A stretch of 64,000 nucleotides of DNA from Candidatus Eremiobacteria bacterium (GTDB taxonomy: Bacteria > Vulcanimicrobiota > Vulcanimicrobiia > Vulcanimicrobiales > Vulcanimicrobiaceae): positions 288,001 through 352,000 of the forward strand of contig CAVWUU010000001.1 of NCBI GenBank assembly GCA_963758295.1. Reading direction: 5' to 3'. The position numbers and the translations under genes are program-made. Shown piece by piece: positions 47,854 to 56,485 of this stretch; the stretch's first letter is position 1, and each line of letters begins with the position of its first letter. The notes beneath the pieces were generated by a model that was given only the letters and a program-made list of their open reading frames with translations, searched no databases and had not been told where the DNA came from.

Positions 47854-48378
47854 ATGCGCCGGCTCGCCGAGTCGTATGCCGGCGTAGAACCCGCCGTTGC
47901 CTGCGCACATAAGATCGAAGCGGGCGACGCTTTTGCACTGGCAACGCGATTCGATTGCGATTGGGCGTATCGCAGCGGCACGGCGCTTTTCTGGCGGCGC
48001 GAGATTCGCGCGACCTCGGTTCACGAGCGGTTTCCGCCCTCGGCACCGCTTCGTCCCTTCGATCGCCGCGCCGTACTGCACGTGGAAGCGGAGCTGGACG
48101 GAAAACCGCTCGACTTCGTTGCTGCGACGCTCGGTGAAGAGCGCGCTTCATGTTTGCGCGACTTGCGCTTTCTCCGAAAGATGTTGCGCGTAACATACGG
48201 CTGCACGATCGCGTTCGTAGGAAATGCTGCGACGGTCCCAATCGGCTTCGCCGATTTGCGCTTCGAAACGAGGGCGCAGGGCGACTACAATTTGATCGTC
48301 GTGCGGCCTTCGCAGGCAACGCCGCCGCCGCAAACCGCCGGGTCCCACGAAGCGTCCGCGAGCATCGAACGAATCTGA
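47854..48378 (+). CDS. Hypothetical protein (possibly a degenerate exonuclease/phosphatase fold)
   Basis: Protein-like ORF between rocF and a convergent gene. Overlaps the next gene by 94 nt. Confidence 0.45.
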   Translation: MRRLAESYAGVEPAVACAHKIEAGDAFALATRFDCDWAYRSGTALFWRREIRATSVHERFPPSAPLRPFDRRAVLHVEAELDGKPLDFVAATLGEERASCLRDLRFLRKMLRVTYGCTIAFVGNAATVPIGFADLRFETRAQGDYNLIVVRPSQATPPPQTAGSHEASASIERI

Positions 48379-48992
48379 GTCTCGACCGCCGAGTCTACCG
48401 GCGGATCAAACGACACACTCTTGGTTTTACCGTCTTCCCCCACTGTAACGGTAAGCGTGGTGTGAATCTTCAACGCCGCCAGGGCCTTAAAGACCGAGGG
48501 ATCGAGCACCGGATCGGGCTGTTGCGCGCCAAAGGGCATGTAGCCGCCGACGTTCTCTCGCGTTTGCGTGGAGGCGACCTGTTCTTGCTGCGGCGTAGCC
48601 GGCGCGACCGGCGCGCCCGTGGCTTGCGTACGAGCGCCTACGCTGCCCGGAGTCTCTTGCGACGCCACGACAGGTGCGCGGCTGTTGTTCGTTGCGGCGA
48701 TCTGCTGCACACGGTGCGGAGCCTTTGCGGGTGCCTGGTGCGGGCGGGAACGCGCGATATGAACGATGGGCGCGCGCTTCGGAGCCACGGCAGCCGGCGG
48801 ATGCACGGCGGGACGCGGCGTCACGACCGCAATATGCGTTACATGCACGAAGGCAAGCGTTTCGATCGAAGGAGCTTCGCCGCGCAGCCAAGCGATCGTC
48901 GGCACGAAATACGCGCCGATCAGATGAAAAGCGAGTGACACAAGCAGTGCTTGGATCAACAACCGGTCAAGCCGCATCAGCGAGATGCCCAT
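48285..48992 (-). CDS. TonB-like membrane-anchored protein (SxxxH TM helix, Pro/Ala-rich linker, TonB-C-like end)
   Basis: LLVSLAFH TM, Pro-rich spacer, TVTVGEDGK..SV...W.PA. GGAGGGAG RBS. Confidence 0.65.
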   Translation of the reverse strand: MGISLMRLDRLLIQALLVSLAFHLIGAYFVPTIAWLRGEAPSIETLAFVHVTHIAVVTPRPAVHPPAAVAPKRAPIVHIARSRPHQAPAKAPHRVQQIAATNNSRAPVVASQETPGSVGARTQATGAPVAPATPQQEQVASTQTRENVGGYMPFGAQQPDPVLDPSVFKALAALKIHTTLTVTVGEDGKTKSVSFDPPVDSAVETQIRSMLADASWDPAVCGGGVACEGRTTIKL

Positions 48993-49071
48993 ACTCCCTC
49001 CGATGAGTTCCTAACGCGCGCCTCGCGCCCGCCGTGACGGATTGCGCCGTCTGAGCCGAGAAGCCCGCCTC

Positions 49072-49317
49072 ATGGATACCGATATCGTACTCTATCAGGC
49101 CGAATGGTGCCCCTATTGCGCGCGCGTCCGTGCAAAGATGACCGACATGTTGCTCGACTATAAAATCGTGAACGTCCCGCGCGACCATTCAGAACGTAAG
49201 GCCGTGAAAGAGCTCTTCGGCGTGACCGGTATCCCTTCGATGACCGACGGCGACGTGAAGATCGCCGACGACGACGACGCCATCATCGAACATCTCCAGC
49301 AGAAGTACCGGAAGTGA
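49072..49317 (+). CDS. Glutaredoxin / GST N-domain-like protein
   Basis: LYQAEWCPYCARVR, GIP, D...II..L. Confidence 0.9.
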   Translation: MDTDIVLYQAEWCPYCARVRAKMTDMLLDYKIVNVPRDHSERKAVKELFGVTGIPSMTDGDVKIADDDDAIIEHLQQKYRK

Positions 49318-49335
49318 CGCCCGTCCGGCCGATGA

Positions 49336-50095
49336 TTATACGAGCGCCACGGCGATCAGCGCGCCGGCCAGCGTAGCGGCCAAATTGACGCTGTCGTTTT
49401 GAATCCACGCAATGCCGCGGCGCACGCTCGTCGCAGCTCCGCACACGTGCGGGTTCGTCTCGCAGGTGCGCTCGCAGCGGGGACACCATCGCAGTGCCTG
49501 TGCGCTTGCGCCCAGGATCGAATCGAGGAACGCTCCGCAAACGCCGCCCAGAAAAACCGGTAAGAATGGTGCGACGCCGGCGATGGCGGCAATGAGTGCG
49601 ACGAGCGCCGCGCCGGCGAGTTCCGCCAGCGTCCCTTGCAGCGTCACGCCGCCCGAAAGACCGCGTTGCGAGCGGTCGCAGCGTGAGAATCGATCGCGGC
49701 AAGCCTCGGGCAAGCGTGCCGATTTCCGTGCCCCACGTGTCGGCCGAAGCAGCGGCAAAGGCACCCGCAAATGCAGCAGCCGCCGCGCCGAATCGCCACG
49801 ATAGCAGCAGGGCGAGCGCCGCAATTCCGCCATTGGCGAGCACTTGCCAAGCGTCGCGTGCGCCTTGCTTGCCGACGTCCACCAGATCCCGTTTTCGCGC
49901 CTTGCCGATTCTCGAGAGTATCGTCGAGGGCAGAAAGAACGCGAAGAGCACAGCCGTCGCCGGCCATCCGCCTATCCCGAACGTGATTGCGCCCACGAAA
50001 AATGCCGCAATCGCGCCGCTCGCGCTTAGCGCGCGAGCACGAAACGCGGCAGCCGCGATAAGAGCGGCGAGCGCAGTGCCGATCGCAATTTGCAC
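49336..50095 (-). CDS. DUF92 (TMEM19) family membrane protein, frameshifted near 49660
   Basis: K.GARD..QV.ANG and ADTW.TEIG, then after one extra base GLSGGVT..G, DS.LGA..Q, ND.VN. Confidence 0.85.
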
Positions 50096-50099
50096 GACG

Positions 50100-51618
50100 T
50101 TAAGCGTTGAGGGCCAGGTAGTGGTGCAGCGCTTCTAAGAGGCCGTCGGTGGTGTAAACCTCGGCGATGACGTCGACCTCGAGGCCCAATTCTTCGGCAG
50201 CCGCCGCCGTAATCGGACCGATACATGCGACGACTTTATCTTGCGCCGCTTCTCGCGGCGCGACGCCGCCTAGCATTTCCGCGAACCCATGAACGGTGCT
50301 CGCGCTCGTGAACGTAAGCACGTCCGCGCGTAGCGACCTTCGCCGCAAAATCGGGGTCGTTTTCGAAACTCGTCTTATACGCGGAGACGATCGTCGGTTC
50401 GCGTCCAGCGTCTTGGAGCATCTGCGGCAGCACGTCGCGCGCTTCTTGCGCGCGATAGATCAGAATGCGCTCCCCGTCCGCTGTCGCTTCGATCAGCGCG
50501 CGTCCCACTTCTTCGCTGATGAACGCTGCCGGAACCAGATCGGGGCGCAGACCGTTCGCCCGCAAGCGATCGGCGGTTTTGGAGCCGATCGCGGCCACTC
50601 GTGTCTTGCCGAAGTAGCGGGCGTCGGCGCCTAGTGAATGCAGGCGTTCGAAGAACGCGTCAACGCCGTTTTGCGACGTAAACACGACCCAACCGAACTT
50701 CGCGAGTTCGTCGATCGCGCGATGCGCTGCATGAATGTCGTCCGGCGGACCGACCCCGATCGTCGAAGCGAGAATTGGTTCCACGCCGCGCGAGTAGAGC
50801 GCTTGCGCGAACGCGTCCGCTTGATGCGCGGGACGGGTGATCAGCACGCGTTTTCCAAAAAGCGGCGAGTTATCGAACCAGCGCAGTTGTTCCCGAAGTT
50901 CCACGACTTCACCGATCACCACGATCGCCGGCGCCCCTAATCCTGCGCTCCGCGCGTCTTGCGCGATGCTTTGCAACGTGCCCGTAACCGTTCTTTGCGC
51001 GGGCCGCGTGCCTTCGGCAATAACCGCAGCCGGGGTCGAAGGCGAAAGGCCGTGCTGAACGAGGCGCTCCGCGATCGTCGCGAGATTGCCCATCGCCATT
51101 AAAAGCACGAGCGTGCGATGGGGATCCGCCAGCTTTGCCCAATCGATGCTTGATTCGGCTTTCTCGGGATCTTCGTGTCCCGTTGCCACCGTGAAAACCG
51201 GGTTGTAGTCGCGATGCGTGACCGGAATGCCGGCGTATGCGGGCGCCGCAATCGCGCTTGTAATGCCCGGAACGATCTCAAAAGCAATCCCCGCGTCGCG
51301 CAGGGCTTGCGCTTCTTCGCCGCCGCGCCCAAAAACGAAAACATCGCCGCCCTTCAAACGGACGACGTGTTTGCCGGTGCGAGCCTTTTCCACCATGAGC
51401 GCTTCGATGTCGGCTTGCGGCATGGCATGGTTTCCACCACGCTTTCCCACGTAGATCCGCTCGCACGACGGCGGGACCATATTTACGATCGGATCGCTTG
51501 CGAGCGCATCATAAAGCAGCACTTCGGCGCGGCGCAGAACGTCGGCTGCGCGCAACGTCAACAAGCCGGGATCGCCGGGGCCGGCGCCTACAAGCCAGAC
51601 GCGCCCAGGCTCACTCAT
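50100..51618 (-). CDS. cobA: Uroporphyrinogen-III C-methyltransferase / uroporphyrinogen-III synthase fusion (CobA-HemD), frameshifted near 50335
   Basis: VGAGPGDPGLLT, RLKGGD, VPGITS, then HemD LITRP, FTSQNGV, AIG..TA. The final FTSASTV..CIGPIT segment is in a shifted frame. Confidence 0.92.
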
Positions 51619-52948
51619 CGATGTCGGGTGCGAACGCGTGCGGCAGAAGCTCGGCGAAACGGTCCGCCAGATTCAAATCGAAAAGTTCGTCCAACATGCG
51701 CGCGTGCGAAAGCGCTTCCGCATGATTCGTCGTTGCTTTCTCTCGAATTTTCACGACGACGGAGTGCAGCAGCTTCGAAACGATCGTCATGGTCATGCCG
51801 GTGATCAGCATTTTTTCGCGCTCGGTTAAGTCCGTGCAGCGTGAGAAGAGCCGCTCCAGTTCGGCGACGCGAATCGTTTCGGCCTTTTGCGTAAGCGACG
51901 CAATTACGGGTACGGCCAACCGCGACTGATACCATGCGCTGAAGCGCGCAATAAACTCCTCGATGATTTCTTCGACTTGCGGGATCGCTTCGCGGCGCAC
52001 GTCGAGCTTCTCGTCTACGACGGACTTCAATCCGTCGACGTCGATAAGCGAAACGTTCTCCACCGTCGTAACCAACGGGTCCACGTCTCTGGGCACCGCG
52101 ATATCGATAAAGAAGACCGGGCGACCGGGACGGCGCGCCATGGCATCTTCCACGTGCGCTTTTGAAACAACGAAATGCGATGCACCCGTAGATGTGACCA
52201 CGATATCCGCAGCGGCAAGCGCGTCGGTTAGGCCCGGCATTTCGATCGCTTCGCCGAAGCCGACTTCCGCGATCAATTCCTGTGCGCGCGACATCGTACG
52301 GTTCGTCACGATGAGATTGTCGGCGCCTTCCTCGCGCAGCCGTCGCACGGCCGTGCGCCCCATCTTGCCTGCGCCGATAACGACGACGGATTTCTTGTTC
52401 AGCGTCCCGAGTCGCGCTTTTGCTGCTTCGATCGCGGCCGTCGCAATCGAAGCCGACTCGTCCCCGATGCGCGTTTGCGAACGGGCGTGTTTGCCGGCGT
52501 TGAGCGCTTCGCGGAAGAGCCGGTGCAGCGTTTTGCCGAGCGACTTTGCGTGCTGTGCCTGGATGTAGGCGTCTTTGACTTGACCGAGCACTTCGGCTTC
52601 GCCGATGACCATCGAATCGAGTCCGGTGGAAACGCGGAACAGATGATCGATCGCCTGGCGTCCGAGCAACGTGTAAAGATACGAGTCGAGGTCATACCGT
52701 TCGCGGACCATTCCGTGCCCGAAATTTCCGAGGAACGACTTGAGTTGCGCGACGCCCATTTCGTAGTCGTCGAGTTCGGCGTAAATCTCGAGGCGGCCGC
52801 ACGTCTGCAGCATGACCGCTTCTTTCACGGCGCTGTAGTCGTGCAGTGCCGTCAGCGCTTCGACGACGCGCGTTGCCGGGAATGCGTGACGTTCGCGGAC
52901 TTCAACCGGTGCCGTATGGTGCGAAAGCCCAAGACAAACTAGAGGCAC
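51611..52948 (-). CDS. hemA: Glutamyl-tRNA reductase
   Basis: GLSH.TAP...RE, TCGR.E.Y, HLFRV..GLDS...GE...GQVK, GAGKMG, DIAVPRD. Confidence 0.95.
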   Translation of the reverse strand: MPLVCLGLSHHTAPVEVRERHAFPATRVVEALTALHDYSAVKEAVMLQTCGRLEIYAELDDYEMGVAQLKSFLGNFGHGMVRERYDLDSYLYTLLGRQAIDHLFRVSTGLDSMVIGEAEVLGQVKDAYIQAQHAKSLGKTLHRLFREALNAGKHARSQTRIGDESASIATAAIEAAKARLGTLNKKSVVVIGAGKMGRTAVRRLREEGADNLIVTNRTMSRAQELIAEVGFGEAIEMPGLTDALAAADIVVTSTGASHFVVSKAHVEDAMARRPGRPVFFIDIAVPRDVDPLVTTVENVSLIDVDGLKSVVDEKLDVRREAIPQVEEIIEEFIARFSAWYQSRLAVPVIASLTQKAETIRVAELERLFSRCTDLTEREKMLITGMTMTIVSKLLHSVVVKIREKATTNHAEALSHARMLDELFDLNLADRFAELLPHAFAPDIDE

Positions 52949-53634
52949 TACGCGCGACGCTCCGTGACGCCCGAATCGACGCTAAGACGATGCGTCAAAA
53001 TCGACATTTCACCCGCAAGATCGATATTCCGGACGATCACCGGAGCGCGCAGCTGCAATGGAGCCGGCGCAAAGTTGAGGATCGCACGTACGCCGCAGCC
53101 CGCCAAGCGCTCGGCGGTTGCCTGCGCAGCGTTCGCGGGGACGGCCAGCACGCCGATGTTACACGCGGCGTCGTGTACTATGCGTTCCATTTCAGCGATG
53201 TCGTGTACGGTGATTCCCTGCCAGGCTTGACCAATCACGGACGGCGACCGGTCGAAAATGGCGGCAATTCGGAAACGGGCTTCGCGAGCCGTGATAAACG
53301 TCGCAAACGCGTGGCCGAGATAACCAAAGCCGACCACTGCGATTCGCCAGTCATGCTCCAATCCTAAAACCCAGGCGAGCTGCTCTACAAGCGGATTAAT
53401 CGCATACCCCTGGCCACGCCGCCCAAGGGGGCCCAGCGCCGAGAGGTCCTTTCGGATTTGCGTGCTCGTAATGGCGTGGCCAAGCAGCGCCGCAAGCCCA
53501 TGCGACGTAATGGTTTCCTTGCCGGTCGCTTGCGCTTCGCGCAGGGCGCGATGGTACGCATACAGCCGCGGGATCGCAACCGCGACTAACGGTTCGGCGA
53601 CGGGCGTTGCGGCAGACGCCTTCGGATCGATCAT
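52948..53634 (-). CDS. rex: Redox-sensing transcriptional repressor Rex
   Basis: RL..Y.R.L, QIRKDLS..G..G.RG.GY, VGFGYLG, LAVP, ILNFAP. Confidence 0.93.
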   Translation of the reverse strand: MIDPKASAATPVAEPLVAVAIPRLYAYHRALREAQATGKETITSHGLAALLGHAITSTQIRKDLSALGPLGRRGQGYAINPLVEQLAWVLGLEHDWRIAVVGFGYLGHAFATFITAREARFRIAAIFDRSPSVIGQAWQGITVHDIAEMERIVHDAACNIGVLAVPANAAQATAERLAGCGVRAILNFAPAPLQLRAPVIVRNIDLAGEMSILTHRLSVDSGVTERRA

Positions 53635-54932
53635 CGAGCGGCGGCGCGAATCTCGCTCAAAGCTTCGTCTGCAGCGGTAAGTGTCGTTTCGACGTCTCGC
53701 GTCGTGTGCGCGCTTGAAACAAATCCCGCTTCGAACTGCGAAGGCGCAAGGTACACTCCGCGATCCATCATGCTGTGGAAGAACCGGCCGTAAAGTGCCG
53801 TGTCGGCGGTCATCGCGCTTTGTAAATCGACCACCGGACCTTCCGTGAAGAAGAAGCCGAACATCGAACCGGCGGAAGCGACCGCGTGCGCAACGGCGTG
53901 CTTGGCGAAGATTTCGTGCAGGCCTTCGGCGAGCAAATTCGTCATCACTTCGAGCCGTTCGTACAACGTCGCGTCCTCACGAATCAGTTTCAGCGTAGCA
54001 ATGCCGGCCGCCATCGCAAGCGGATTGCCCGAAAGCGTACCCGCATGAAAAACGGGACCTTCGGGGGTGAGATAATTCATGATTTCGGCGCGTCCGCCGA
54101 ATGCGCCGACCGGAAGACCGCCGCCGATGACTTTTCCGAGCGTCGTAAGATCGGGTGCGATGTTCTCGCGTTCTTGCACGCCGCCGCGCCCGACGCGAAA
54201 GCCCGTCATGACTTCGTCGAAAATCAAAACCGATTTATTGCGCGTGCACAGCTCGCGCACCGTTTGCAAGTACCCTTCACGCGGCAGGACAAGGCCCATG
54301 TTGCCGACATACGGCTCGATGATAACGGCGGCGATTTCCTCGCCATACGTTTCGAACGCGTCGGTCAATGCTTGCGCGTTGTTGTAGTCCACGACGATTG
54401 TGTCGCCTGCGGCGCTCTTCGGGATTCCCGGAGAGTTCGGAACGCCGAGCGTTAGCGCGCTCGAACCCGCGGATATCAAAAACGCGTCTGCAGCACCATG
54501 GTAGCAGCCGGCGAATTTTACGATTTTATCGCGCCGCGTGTAGCCGCGTGCAAGGCGAACGGCGTTCATCGTGGCTTCCGTGCCGCTGGAGGTGAAGCGC
54601 ACTTTTTCGATGCTCGGGACCATCGCTACGATGAGTTCCGCCAGCTCGCTTTCGGCTTCGGTCGGCGTGCCGAACGAGCTTCCGCGGGCGGCAGCCGTTT
54701 GAATCGCTTTTACGACCGCCGGATGAGCGTGTCCAAGAATGAGCGGACCCCACGAAAGGACATAATCGATGTACTCATGGCCATCTATGTCCGTAATGGT
54801 TGCGCCGGCGCCCTGTTTCATGAAAACCGGCGTACCCCCAACGGCTTTAAAGGCGCGGACGGAAGAGTTCACGCCGCCGGGAATGACGTTTTTCGCGCGA
54901 GCAAAAGCCGAGATCGAGCGTTCGAAGTTCAC
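53631..54932 (-). CDS. hemL: Glutamate-1-semialdehyde 2,1-aminomutase
   Basis: PGGVNS.VRAF, SWGP, SGTEA, FDEVMTGFR, GKVIGGGLP, AGTLSGNP, PSQFE. Confidence 0.97.
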   Translation of the reverse strand: MNFERSISAFARAKNVIPGGVNSSVRAFKAVGGTPVFMKQGAGATITDIDGHEYIDYVLSWGPLILGHAHPAVVKAIQTAAARGSSFGTPTEAESELAELIVAMVPSIEKVRFTSSGTEATMNAVRLARGYTRRDKIVKFAGCYHGAADAFLISAGSSALTLGVPNSPGIPKSAAGDTIVVDYNNAQALTDAFETYGEEIAAVIIEPYVGNMGLVLPREGYLQTVRELCTRNKSVLIFDEVMTGFRVGRGGVQERENIAPDLTTLGKVIGGGLPVGAFGGRAEIMNYLTPEGPVFHAGTLSGNPLAMAAGIATLKLIREDATLYERLEVMTNLLAEGLHEIFAKHAVAHAVASAGSMFGFFFTEGPVVDLQSAMTADTALYGRFFHSMMDRGVYLAPSQFEAGFVSSAHTTRDVETTLTAADEALSEIRAAAR

Positions 54933-55513
54933 GCGAGTCCTTTCGACTCCGGTTCGCCGATTCGTTCTAAATCGGCTTCGGTATTGACGTTGCTGAAATA
55001 ACGCGGAGGCATCGGTATGTGTCTCGCGCCGAGCCTTTCGATGATTCCATGCATCGAATAGCGTCCTTCGGCCAGGGCTTGCGTTGCTTCCCGGAGCAGC
55101 GCCTTTCGCAGGTAGAGGCCCGCTAGCGGCTCGGCTCGGCCCTCATGCTCCGGCACGGCACATCGATCGCCGGGCTGCCATGCCGCGAGCAGCGCGTCCA
55201 AGACCTCGAGCGTGACTCCCGGCGCGTCTCCCGCAACAGCGAAAATCAGCTCCTCCCCGATCGTGGCGGCCGCAGTCGCAAGTCCCCCGAGCGGCCCGCG
55301 TTCCGGCAATTCGTCAATGATGAGCGGGCATGGCAGCGCATCGGCAAGCGATCGGGAAAACGAAGCATTTACAGAAACATAGACCGGGTTGCGCCCGGCG
55401 ACGTGTTGGTACACGGCCAAGAGCAACGGCGTGCCGCGTAGCGGACGTTCCAATTTCCTTGGAAAACGGCGGGCTTCGCCGCCGCCGAGGATGACGATCG
55501 CTACGCCGTTCAC
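54929..55513 (-). CDS. mobA: Molybdenum cofactor guanylyltransferase
   Basis: ILGGG..RRF..K, GPLGG, D.P, EPL..LY, F.NVNT..DL. Confidence 0.85.
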   Translation of the reverse strand: MNGVAIVILGGGEARRFPRKLERPLRGTPLLLAVYQHVAGRNPVYVSVNASFSRSLADALPCPLIIDELPERGPLGGLATAAATIGEELIFAVAGDAPGVTLEVLDALLAAWQPGDRCAVPEHEGRAEPLAGLYLRKALLREATQALAEGRYSMHGIIERLGARHIPMPPRYFSNVNTEADLERIGEPESKGLA

Positions 55514-55516
55514 CGG

Positions 55517-56485
55517 CTAGCCTCCGTGGCGCCGCGCATACTCTTTTGCGAAGTACGTGATGATGATATCTGCGCCGGCACGCGTGAAACACACGAGCAA
55601 CTCGTCGATCGCGCGGTCGCCTTCGAGCCAGCCGTTAGCGATTGCGGCCTGCATCATCGAGTATTCGCCGCTCACGTTGTACACCGCAATCGGCGCCGTA
55701 AATTCGTCGCGCGCCGCGCGCACGATATCGAGATACGGAAGGCCGGGCTTCACCATGATAACGTCTGCGCCTTCGTCAAGATCGAGCGCCATTTCGCGCA
55801 ACGCTTCCCGTGCGTTCGGCGGATCCATTTGGTACGTGCGGCGGTCGCCGGATTGCGGCGTCGAGCCGGCGGCTTCGCGGAACGGCCCATAAAAGGCGGA
55901 CGCGTATTTTGCGCTGTAAGCCATGATCGCTACGTCGGTATAATCGCGGGCGTCGAGTGCGCAACGTAGCGCGCCAACGCGGCCGTCCATCATATCGGAA
56001 GGCGCAATGACGTCGACACCAGCTTGCGCATACGTGATCGCGGTGCGAACGAGCAGATCCACCGTCTTGTCGTTGTCCACGTCGCCGCGCTCGTTGACGA
56101 TTCCGCAGTGACCGTGATCGGTGTATTCGCAATTGCACAAATCTGCAATAACGAGCATTTCGGGGAGCGCTTTTTTGATTTCGCGAATCGCGCGTTGCAC
56201 GACGCCGTTCGAATCGTAGTTGCTTGACGCCACCGCATCTTTAAATTCGGGAATGCCGAAGAGCAGCACGCTTTTTACGCCAAGCGAAAAGAGCTCTTGC
56301 GCTTCTCGAACGGCGCCGTCGACGGTAAAACGGTCGACGCCCGGCATCGAAGAAATCGGACCCGCGTCACTTTCCCGTGCGACCACGAAAAGCGGCTGCA
56401 CCAATTGATCGACGCGCGTTTGATATTCCCTAACGAGCGCGCGTAAGACGGGCGTGCGGCGAAGCCGCCGGGGACGAACGTTCAT
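55517..56485 (-). CDS. hemB: Porphobilinogen synthase (Zn-type)
   Basis: RPRRLR, DLCNCEYTDHGHCG, APSDMMDGR, YSAKYAS.FYGPFR, MVKP, YNVSGEY. Confidence 0.97.
   Translation of the reverse strand: MNVRPRRLRRTPVLRALVREYQTRVDQLVQPLFVVARESDAGPISSMPGVDRFTVDGAVREAQELFSLGVKSVLLFGIPEFKDAVASSNYDSNGVVQRAIREIKKALPEMLVIADLCNCEYTDHGHCGIVNERGDVDNDKTVDLLVRTAITYAQAGVDVIAPSDMMDGRVGALRCALDARDYTDVAIMAYSAKYASAFYGPFREAAGSTPQSGDRRTYQMDPPNAREALREMALDLDEGADVIMVKPGLPYLDIVRAARDEFTAPIAVYNVSGEYSMMQAAIANGWLEGDRAIDELLVCFTRAGADIIITYFAKEYARRHGG

Noticed and set aside
37055..50345. Programmed ribosomal frameshifting or phase variation
   Set aside because: The indels are not at slippery heptamers or long SSRs, occur several times per gene and hit unrelated genes.
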